Origin: Chrysomallon squamiferum
Lineage: Eukaryota > Animalia > Mollusca
Length of the DNA stretch: 64,000 bases
Reading direction: 5' to 3'
NCBI GenBank assembly: GCA_012295275.1
Contig: CM022673.1
Coordinates: 13,330,001 to 13,394,000 of the forward strand
Part shown: piece after piece, positions 1 to 11,201 of the stretch
How the letters are laid out: each line of letters opens with the position of its first letter
Numbering within the stretch: position 1 is the first letter of the stretch
Translations under genes and position numbers: made by a program
The notes under the pieces: model-generated
Database searches by the model: none
Told to the model about the DNA's origin: nothing
Seen by the model: only the letters and a program-made list of their open reading frames with translations

Positions 1-93
1 TACAATGCTCGTTTTGAAATGTTGTATAGCTTTCTAGTTAATGTTTTCTCAAGTTTTAGCAAAATAAAAAATAATTATTATTATAAACAATCC

Positions 94-124
<31 letters not shown>

Positions 125-195
125 CATTTCTAGGACAAAAATAAACATCAGATTTATGACAAGCTTATTTTCTAAAAATCCACTTTAACAATTAC

Positions 196-468
196 CTTTG
201 ACTTCTTTCAGTTTTTCTACGTGTGGTTTGGCCTTGAGAACTGCACTGTATGCTGTGAGAGCGCCACCTGGCAACATGGCTGCAATGTCCAGTGGCAGGT
301 TGCGTGGAATCTGCAGCACCTGGCTGGTGTCGCTAATAGCAATGTATTCTTTGTATCCACTTTCTGAAAGTTTTTCGTCAGGAAATATTACAACTTTGTC
401 ACCAGGTGTGTAGTTGCTATTTGGAAGTGTGTTACACACATCTTCAATAATACCAGCTATTTCAAACC
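196..468 (-). CDS. Drat-like coding exon 3
   Basis: tttcag|GG TTT GAA ATA GCT...GTC AAA G|gtaatt; matches ORF 185..481. Confidence 0.9.
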
Positions 469-1803
469 CTGAAACAAACAAAAAAAAGATATATATATAT
501 ATAATGAAAAGTTAAGTAATGAAAAAGATGTAAATGAAAATTTATCTTGTAAACACAGTCAAATGGAGATTGCCTAAAACATAGCAGTGAAAGTGAGAAA
601 TAAAATATTTTATCTTTTAAACATTTGTCCTTTATTCATTATCCAATGTTATGGATAATACTGTGATTTTTTTCATTTTTTTTTTTTTTTAGAACTGCAT
701 TTTAGGGATCATAAAGCTGAATATATACCCAGTGGTATGATAATTTGGAAGTTGGCAAAGACAGATTCCTCAAAGAAAATGAGCAGACAATACAAATAAC
801 TAATTACAGAGCTGTGGTTGCATATCACCAAAAAACCGACAGCTCTGTGCTGAAGGGATTTAAAAAAGAATGATAATACCAGAAAGAAGACTGCACAATG
901 TTGTCATAGGTTTATTCGGTGATAAAACTATGTACACACTACACACAACCAATGTGCAACACCGTTAACCATCAGTAATGTAAATAATAGCAGGTAATGT
1001 TAAAAATCCTGCCGTTTTTGATACAGGTATTACATTCACAGTGGCTGCTATTTTTTTTTTTTTTTTTTTTTCCTTTGATGTTCATGCAAAATACACCACA
1101 GAAACTTTTACTGAATCTTCTTGATATTTTAGATATTATAGTGCAAAAAAATAAACATATAAATAAAATAATTTTTTTTTTAGAATTTTTTTTTAGAATT
1201 TTTTTATTTTTATATATATTCCAACTTTTAATTTTTTGAAAACAGCAGGTATTTATAAAAAAGATGCAATGCTAGGATTACTATTATTTATTCACAGGAT
1301 GGTGTAATGATGTGCACACCTGGATAGAGTGAAGTGTCTCTTATACCTGGAAATCTAGGGCGGATACCCCGTCTTCTATACTGGTGCTCGTTATAGCAAG
1401 CTCCAGCAAAACACACCTGTGGAGAAAAACAAAAAAATAAATGTATATTTACTATTAAAATTTACATTTTTAGTCTATTCAATTTGTTCCTAATTTTTTA
1501 TATACCTTTTAAAGTAAACAAATTTTTTTTTTTTTAAATAAAAATATATAAATAATTAATAATAATAATATTACAAAAAATGAAAAAAAAAAAAAAAAAT
1601 AATAATAATAAAAAAACATTGATGGAGAAAGAAAATAAAAATTAAAACACAAACTGAAAGATTAAAAAACTTACCTTAACTAGTAAACCGCCTTTTGGAG
1701 TATCTGGCATTGCCAGTGATGAACTAACTTCAGCAAATGGCATCGCTGCAGTTCCACTTTTCAAACATTGGACATCACCTTGATACATTTCGTTGTCTAA
1801 CAT
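196..1803 (-). CDS. Drat: Drat-like medium-chain dehydrogenase/reductase (ADH GroES-like N-domain) gene, 5' part; continues off the left edge
   Basis: Exons 1675-1803, 1320-1416 and 196-468 join in frame at GT-AG sites: MLDNEMY...GGLLVK|VCFAGACYNEHQ...GIRDTSLYPG|FEIAGIIED...GDKVVIFP...GYKEYI...AAMLPGGALTAYSAV. The GACY, PGFE(I/V)AG and AAMLPxGAL motifs match my recollection of the Drosophila Drat family. Confidence 0.8.
1320..1416 (-). CDS. Drat-like coding exon 2
   Basis: ccacag|GTG TGT TTT GCT GGA GCT TGC TAT...TAT CCA G|gtgtgc; an alternative in-frame donor would end the exon at 1347. Confidence 0.8.
1675..1803 (-). CDS. Drat-like first coding exon
   Basis: Acceptor cag at 1811-1813, ATG at 1803, 43 codons, donor AAG|gtaagt (phase 0). 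Confidence 0.8.
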
Positions 1804-2199
1804 TTTGAATCTGTAATGAAATACAAAAAAAATTAAATGATATATTATTATATACTGTAGTTAAAATCCCACTTCATGCTACATATTTTGTTTATTATTA
1901 TTATTTTTGTATTTAACAAAAGATAAATATTCTAGCAATATGCTGCTGAAACTTGTATTACGGAAGAGATGTTTACACTAGAATTTGGCTACTTTACAAA
2001 ATTTATATATCTAACATAAACTTCATGATAAGCAAATCTAGTTAAAATAACATACGACAGCAAATTACTTTAATTTGTTAATCTATTACAGAAACTACAA
2101 TAAACAGACCCACATAAATTCAGTTGAAGCAAGATATAAAAAGTAATTAATATTTTTGACCTTTCTTTAAAATGACCGTTATAATACTTCTAAAAGTTA

Positions 2200-3500
2200 A
2201 AATAATAATAAACAATTTTATATCGAATAAACAACTGACTTGCAGACGATAAATTTGAGACAAAAAATACAAAAAAAAAAAAAAAAAATAATAATACATA
2301 TAATAATCAAGTAAATAAAAATTATTATTTCAAAATACAAATTTAAACAATATTTTTACGTGAGTTCAAAAGAAGACATAAATGAGAAACAAAATGTAAC
2401 GACCAAATGTCCGTTTACTGTTTTGATGCGGTTCGACCTTAACAGCGTTCCTAATAATAGCGCGTGACCTGTCCGTAAATAGCATGAAGCAACCACTCGG
2501 CAGTCAGGAGCTGATCACGCCGCAACAATCGATAAATGCGTGCTATCGGCCAAACTAAAGTGAATAACTTTACCAAACCGCTAAAATAAACATTACATTT
2601 CTTATTTTACCATAATTATTCAGAGACATTCATTTCCATGTTTCCAGCCAAACATAATTTTCCTTCTGTCAAACGTACACTTTGTGCATTTTCATATAGA
2701 TGTTTGCTACTAACTTCGTAACCCAAATGATTAGTATATTTATAATATATATGGTTTAAAAGTATTGCTACAGTATTAGTAATTTATTTTCCGATTTACT
2801 ACAAGTCGAGTGCATACACGATCGTGGTTACATTGGTTAATATTACTGCCATTTAATAAATATTCAGAAAGTAAAAATGTTTTATTTTATTATAATCCTA
2901 GATTCTTAAACAAAGAAATATCACCAAAAAGACTATATGGATTATATTTGTGATATGTATTTATCCACTAGTAAGAATAAAATTAACTTACATTTTATGA
3001 AAGTTCACAATATCTAGCTGCTTCCGAACGTCTTATCTCCTTCGTAACTTTAACACAAATGATAGGAAATAACGACGTCGAATGTAGTCATGCATTCCAA
3101 ATTGGGGATCACCCCTTGTCCACGTGAAAAACAGCGTAAACATATATGTCTACCAAGGTCAAGGCAACATGAGGACCGAATGGATCTATTTGTTTTGACT
3201 TTTGGATACCTGGCCTATTTTTTCTTTTACGAAATTGACGTTGCTTACTTCAGTAATTATTATGTAACAAAAGTAAATAACATACACAACATAAATATAT
3301 ATATATCTTCTTAATATCTTGTAATTTAGCGATGCTATTAATTATTGAAAAATTACACACATTAATTGTGTTTGCGATTTCCTTTCGGGTCTCGCAGACT
3401 AAAAATAGACGTACTTTAGAAGGGAAATCCACGCTCTGATCAGCTGATAGCTAAATGATTCCTGTTTGTTATATTCTGGTGGTTGTTAGGCGTATAGTCA
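2200..3500 (-). promoter_or_regulatory. CpG-rich putative promoter / non-coding first exon region of the Drat-like gene
   Basis: CpGs become frequent upstream of about 2.2 kb; strong minus-strand donor gtaagt at 2986-2991; RCGTG/E-box motifs at 2357 and 3121. Confidence 0.4.
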
Positions 3501-4927
3501 TCGGTATTTCCATTTCATTACGCAATTATTAAATTAATAATGGCTCTGAATAATGTTTTTATTTAAATTATTACAGATTAGTTATAAAAAACTTTGTAAT
3601 AAATTAAAATGGGATGGGGAATTATCATTGGTTTGTATGTGAACATGTGCATGTCAATAATACATTAAAGTGTTGACGATAACTTTGATAATTAAATATG
3701 TTAATTATAATAATCGAAAGAATTCGAATTAACACACACACACACACACATACAGATTTATTCACATGTAACGCCAAATATTTATTTCAAAGTAAAAGAA
3801 AAATGGATCACCTCACCACGTTACCAAGCGTGTGATCCAAAACATTTATAAGAAGTCCTGAATAGGAGGGCAGTATGTTTGTAATGAAAAAGAAAACAAT
3901 TTGTTTATTTGCTGTAATTTCGAAGCCTCTGTATTTCTGTAGCTGTGTTTTGTGCATGTAACATCTGGTAAATAATGTGAAGTACTCGGTGACAAATTTG
4001 TACCTACGTATTACCACTAGGCCTGTATAATGGTTACCGTAATTTCTCGTAATTATAAATATTACTAAGAGACTAATAATTAGTTTTAAAACATTTTTTT
4101 TTTTTTTTTTATCCAATATTTAATAAATGTTCTCGTTTCGGAATCCCACTTGGAATATTTTACTAAAAAATACTAAAAAATTATTTCAGATTTTAAAAAC
4201 CATTACCGCCCTGTTTTTAGAGTAATTTCTCAGCTCTTAACATATTAATATAAAAGTTATATTGATAATGTTCTGTTCCAATCTTAAGCTAGTTACATGC
4301 AAGATACATAATTATTACTATAACGATTCCATAACAAAGGAGAGCTGAATCTTACTATCGTCTTTATTTAACACGTTGGGTCACCGAGTTTGTATCTCAG
4401 TTATTGGTTATGGAACTGCCATGTCGTCTATTTCCAATCGCGCCCATCCTTTCTGTCGTCTGACGAATCGGAAGATCGTTCTCACGTTACGTCACCAGCA
4501 GACACGGCATGTGCACGAGCTTGTCGAAGCAGTGGTCTTCAGTGGGTTTTTTTTTTTTTTTTTTGCTATGAATCAGTATGGAAAGCATTTATGCGGCTAT
4601 ATTAAAAAAAAAAAAAAAAAAAAAAAAGAAAAAAAAGACAGAAACGGAAAAAACTCTCAGTGCATGATGAAGTTGTAACGATGCACAGACGAAGGTGTGC
4701 TTATGATGTTTGGTTCAAATGAAGTTCACTGACACTTGATAAAAAGCCCGCGGAAATAAAAATTTCGACCGCAACAGTCACTGACCACACAGGTGTTAGG
4801 TGCTAATACTAAATCATTTAAAAATTATTTGTGTGTGGTGTGTGTGAGTGCGCGTGCGTGTGCGCGCGTGTCCGTCTGTGTAAGAAGATGATAAATAAAA
4901 CGACTGTCAGTCAACAGCAGCCAGCAA

Positions 4928-4930
<3 letters not shown>

Positions 4931-5011
<81 letters not shown>

Positions 5012-5012
5012 A
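4931..5012. repeat. (CT)n(CA)n compound microsatellite
   Basis: Seen directly. Confidence 0.95.
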
Positions 5013-5142
5013 TTGGTATCGAAGTCGTATATAATTATACTTTTCCGGGCAAGATGCCTATGAAATAACTATTATTACACATCGATAAGAACTATAGACT
5101 GTACATGTGTACATGTACTCCGGTGTTATGTACGTATGAATA

Positions 5143-5180
<38 letters not shown>

Positions 5181-6277
5181 CAGATGTATATATATGCGTG
5201 TGTATATGTGTATGGATATAATAAACGGTCTGCATGCATAAACAGCTGGATGAATAAAGTTTTAACAGCGTGGTACGTATTTTAATTAGATAAAATTTAA
5301 AACGTTTTAGTTTATTTTATTCATATGACAAATGACGACAGAGCATCAAAATGTTTTAACCGATAGATTGGGTCTGATAAAGTTAGTTAAAAGAAAACTA
5401 CAATGTGCAGTTACATGATACGTCACATTCGAATACTTAACAAAAAGAGGCCATATTTTATGTTTTGGGTCTACGTGCTGTATCATACTGGCGATGGTCG
5501 ACTTTCTGTCATTGTACTACAAACCTATTCAGAAGTTTCTTCTTCTTTTTCTTTTCTTTTTTTTCTTTTCTTTTCTTTTCTGTTTATCCTTGTATGTTTT
5601 CAACATCCATGACTCATAAAATGTACTGAACAAAAACAACAAAAAAGAAAAAAAAAGAAAAAAGAAAAAAAGAAAATGGAAAATGTAAACAGGTTATTAT
5701 ACTTGGCATTAGCATATGACATGAAATTAATGATATTTAATGAAATCTGCCACTCAGGGGAAAATTAATTTATGTGTTTGTAATTAAATTTCTTTTCCTT
5801 TCTTTCTTTATTTATATTATTTTTTTTTTTTTTTTTTTTTTTTTATTTTTTTTTTTTCCTAACAGGAACTGCGAATCCTAGGGGATCTTTTTAAAGGGTC
5901 ATGTCTACTTAGGCGTATCTAAGGAAAATAGCGCATGTACAAAGACCTGTCCAGACATTTGATATCCATCTTTCAGATAACTTTACCCTAAAATCAGATA
6001 ACAAATACAAGAAAGGTTTGATAACAGGTACAAAGCGGCGCACAGGCAGGGGTGAAAAACTTGCCATACATACCATGGCTACGCTACGCCTGTCTGTTAT
6101 ATAAAGAAACAATATTCCATTAGTTCGTGCATAAATGTACATAATTATTATATTGTCCTAATTATATTCATCAACAGACTCCGAAACACCCACTATTTCA
6201 TTTATGTACGTATATAAACCCTTGAATCTGCTCCGGTTATCTCAGGCTTATATTACTGTTGTTGTAGTTTCATGTCG

Positions 6278-6302
6278 TTATTATTATTATTATTATTATT
6301 AC

Positions 6303-6393
<91 letters not shown>
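6278..6393. repeat. (TTA)n microsatellite
   Basis: Seen directly; explains the poly-Y/L/I ORFs. Confidence 0.95.
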
Positions 6394-6588
6394 GTCATTA
6401 TTGTTGTTTGTATTCTTATATTCCTGCTGCTACTACTACTACTACTACTTACTGTTGTTAATGATTTCATTTCGGGGTTTGAATAATAATGATAGAGATA
6501 TTAAAAATATTAATGTCAACATAATCATTAATCGTGCGACATTTTGTAATATTTTTTTCCCTTAATGTGTACTACGACTACTACCACC

Positions 6589-6628
<40 letters not shown>

Positions 6629-7348
6629 TCTGAGGAAAAAAAACAAAACAACCGTGTTTTCGGAATTTTGTCATAAGACGTTCAGCGGCAATTTGATTAA
6701 TGTTTCTGGCAACTCAGTCTTAAACGTTAATCTGACTTTCCTATTTTATTTATGCGGTGTTTTGGATTCGTGAATATTCATTTTTACTTTTAATATACAT
6801 ATACTTCATTCAGAATACCAGATGACGAATGCAGTAAGTAAATATTCTTTATCTATTTAATAGAAAATAAAGTCAGCTAATAGTTTTAGCAGAAGAAAAT
6901 CATACACATACACACATAAACATTAAAAAAAGGTTTATTGAATCTTTTCTGTCTGCGTATTTTTGTATGAATGTTTTATATTCTGGTGGATGTGTACAAT
7001 CAGTATTCCATTTTATTACGAAATTAAATTTCTCTGAATAAAGATTTTTACTTAAATTATTTCACATTAGTTATACTAAATGTTATGATAAATTAAAGTG
7101 TATATGTAATATTTCGGAAGAAATTATTTAATGAATGCTATGAATATTTTGCCTTTGATAGCCTATATTTAAGTTTTATTTACCACATATAAAAAGCTTT
7201 ATTATTACTGTCGTTATTGTTGCTGCTGCTGTTGTTATTATTATTTCTAAAAAATATCTTGATAAATGGAAGCATAACGGAAGTTTGTGTTACTATTAAA
7301 GAGAACAGAGCCGCTGAAAACGATAACTCACAAAAGACTGAGTCAGTG

Positions 7349-7392
<44 letters not shown>

Positions 7393-8505
7393 AGCCAACA
7401 AACTGAGTATAAATAAATTGCAGTTTAGATATTATTAACATTTTGTTCGACAAATCTTATTTTTCTTAGAAATAATAATTAAATTTATGTAAATAATAAA
7501 AACAAAATTACTTATAAACGTGCGTTTCTCCTTCTAGTCGTATCAGGGTGGTAGTTGGTTCAGTCTCTAATTATGTACCAGTAAATAAATATCAAGTCTA
7601 TTATATGTGTCCAGTCTATGGGAAGACATTCCTTGTTGCTAATGTTGCTAGTTTCCTTGAAAACACAACTGTTTGATAACGGTCGATGATAAAAATTATT
7701 TTTGTGTATATGTCTGTGTCTTTTTTTTTTTTTTTTTCTTATTGATGTTGTTACTTTGGGGAAATGTTTCGTTTATTTTTGTTGTTGTTGGGGTTTGTTT
7801 TGGGGGGACTGTGTGTTTGCTTGTTAATTTATTTATTTTTTGAGAGTGATGGAGAAGTTGATATTTTATTTTATTTCTTTTTACCTGAATGCATGTTTTG
7901 AATAGATATTCTTTATTTATCTTTCTTTTTATCTCATTTTTTTTTTTTTTTTTTGACACACAACCATCGATGAACTTTCAAATATATACCTAAATATATT
8001 ACTTTTTCTATTCTCTTCAAAATATCTTTATAGCTTGAAAATAATACAGATAATGTAACACATTCTTATAGTGATATGTAACATTACAAACTTTAAAAAA
8101 AAGTAATAAATATTAACGTAGCGCAGATCTATATGCAGGCAGACTGAAAAATATTTCATGTACATTTTAAAATCAAAAGCTATAACCCATTTTCTGAAAA
8201 ATGAAAATAAGTAAAGAATTCGGTCATTTTCTTACGACCAGTGAACCGAGAAAACAAACAAAGCAAAACAAAGCAAGCTGAAAACAAAAATACTAAAACC
8301 AACTAAACAAATAGGTGTTTTTTTATTTTTCATTACTTTCCTCGAGGAGATACAAGTAGAACGCACATGGCGTTCACCTTCTTTTTCCTTTTTGAATAAC
8401 GATTTTTGAAAATATTTATGTACAAGTAATTAAATTCAACATCATCGATGTCATTCTCCCCGGTCCAGATATCACAGAACCGCCTCTGCATTCCGTTACA
8501 ATTGT

Positions 8506-8596
<91 letters not shown>

Positions 8597-9287
8597 TTTT
8601 GTTGTTTCTAAATATTTTATTTTTTATTATTTATTATTTTTTTATATTTTTATTTTATTTTATTATTATTATTTTTTTTATTATTTTATTTTATTATTAT
8701 TATTTTTTCTCTTTCTTTTTTTTTCTCTTATAAAATACTAATAAAACAACCTTTTAAACATATATTATATGGCTGACTAACCACGTTATATTAAAACACT
8801 GTTCTGTTCGGATGAATACACAAAACTATCTCGTTTTGTAACCACCGGTGTTGTCTGGAATGCATGGGAAGTAATTCTAGATATTTAATGACTTTTTCGT
8901 CATGGGTGGTATAGTTACCTCCCTTCGTTTGGAAATCGTGCCAATATGTTGGAATAATCATAAAACTTGGCATTCGGATTTTTATTTATTTATTTATTTA
9001 TTTATTTATTATCTTTTTAAAAGGTAAGCTTCGAAAATAAAGCGCATATATTTACCCTGATATTATAAATTTTTTTCTTTATGCACTTTTCATTTATCTA
9101 TTTACTTAATTTAGTACTTTAGTACCTGTACGTAGTACATTAGATTAACTGTATTATTAGAATTTTAAAATAATCATTATTTATTTATTTATGAAATCTA
9201 AATAAAACCTGTATATTTAATTATTCAATCAAACATATATTAATATACAAGAAATAAGCAAAAACACATGTCAATACACAATATTAT

Positions 9288-9293
9288 TTTATT
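9288..9293 (-). terminator. Putative polyadenylation signal (AATAAA) of the ETS gene
   Basis: tttatt on the + strand, followed on the minus strand by GU/U-rich sequence (ttgtgtattgacatgtgtttttg). Confidence 0.35.
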
Positions 9294-10053
9294 ATATATT
9301 TATAACAATGTAAAAAATGTTATCAGAAAATATGTATAATGTACAATATTGTCAGATACATTGTCCGTTAATTAACACCGTATGTTAATGTTTTAGGAAC
9401 ATCACGAATTCACAGCCCTCAAGCGTCGTTAGCTCTTCCACCAGTCCATAAGCAACGAATCACGTTATCCAACAAAATATATTTCTGCGTATATTATATG
9501 AAGTATTTACACGTCTTATGTTTTGGACACAACCCCCCTAAGGGATACTCTAATTTAACCGTACTGGTTAAGTTTGAAACTCCTGTTGCGAACACAATAT
9601 CAACCATGACGTCATAATCAGGTCTTGTTCGTCTGCTGGGCAGATGTCGGCCTTTGTTGTTGTTCTTTTTTTTGAGAAAAAAAAACACCACAGAATCTCA
9701 TCACGTGACACATATGCAACATAGAAATTTACTTGAAGCCATAACTTGGCCGGTTTTTGTTATTTTAGTTTTTTTTTCAGTTTTTTTTAGTTTTTCTTCA
9801 AAAAATCATTGTTTATGTGTTTATAAATATCACAGATAGCAATGAAAGATGAATGATGAAGGACGCGAGTTTGAATCTGTCGAGTGCCAGCACCCGGATG
9901 TAAGCGTCAGCTTTACAGCAGTTTGAGAATTTTGTCATCTGCAAAATAAATATATAAATACATAAATAAATAAATAAATAAATAAATATGTAAATAATTT
10001 TATTAAAAAAAATTAAAAAAATTAAAAAGTTAATAAAAATATAAACAAATAAC

Positions 10054-10098
<45 letters not shown>

Positions 10099-10191
10099 CA
10101 AATTAGAAGTTTATCTTAAAACAAATATGGATATAAAAACTACTTTAACAAAGACTAATAATAAACAGATAAATATTCACCTTCTCATGTC

Positions 10192-10297
10192 TTAATCTTT
10201 CCACCCATAGGCTTTTGGTCCAAAACGGAAACAAAGTTTTTTGGGGAATCTGCCATTTTTCGGAACTTCGCTAAAATAGCCGGCTGAACGACAAAAT
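10192..10297 (-). CDS. ETS domain exon 2 (stop)
   Basis: ttttag|A TTT TGT CGT...TGG AAA GAT TAA. Confidence 0.9.
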
Positions 10298-10452
10298 CTA
10301 AAAAAACAACAAATAAATAAATAAATATTTAGTAACATTGTTCTTCATTTAAAATAAGCAAAAAAATAAAAAAAAAAAAAAAAAAAAAACTATATATATA
10401 TTTCTAATTATTTTAATTTCATTCACAGTGAAGTTATAAACTCTGAACATTA

Positions 10453-10491
<39 letters not shown>

Positions 10492-11148
10492 TAAATAAAA
10501 AAATAATCGCTTACCTCATGGCACGACTGAGCTTTTCGTAGGTCATTCCAGGGTTGTTTTTCTTTCTGCCCCACATACTGGCGACAGCTTCTGATTGGAC
10601 GAATTTGAAGACGCCATTTTCTTTGTCTTCCCATTTCAGAAGTGAAGGATTGAGCTTTGGGTCTCTGAGAAGATCGCGTACAAACTCCCACAGATGATTT
10701 CCTTTGGATGCTAAATTAAATAAATAAATAAATATTAATTATTTATTTTTTATTATTATTATTTTTTAAATCGATAAATAAAAATTAATTATTTATTTTT
10801 TATTATTATTATTTTTTTTAAATCGATAAATAAAAATTAATTATAATGACAAATAAAAAAAAAAAAAAAAAAACGTAAAATGTTAAAGTGGTAATGTTAA
10901 TCTTAAAAATCTATATTTTTATTGTAACTAAATAATGTATCTACTTACGAGGAGTTTTTCGTTTGTTGATTTTATCCACTGGAGACCTTGTTGTGTCGTA
11001 GAAGCCTTCGTCGGAAGAGCTAGATGAAACACGTCGTTTCGGTGTTGGTGGCATTTTGAAAGACAAAGATGGTGATATGACGTCGTCATCGTCGGAACTG
11101 TTGAAGCCGTCTGAGCTAGTGGATGTTCTGTAATATTCCATTTCTGAT

Positions 11149-11201
<53 letters not shown>

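Noticed and set aside
198-413. Plus-strand 71-aa ORF
   Set aside because: Antisense shadow of the Drat-like exon.
6204-6773. Poly-Y/L/I ORFs (and similar ORFs at about 4.8, 8.4, 15.2, 17.3-22.7, 23.7, 27 and 33.7-34.3 kb)
   Set aside because: Translations of microsatellites.
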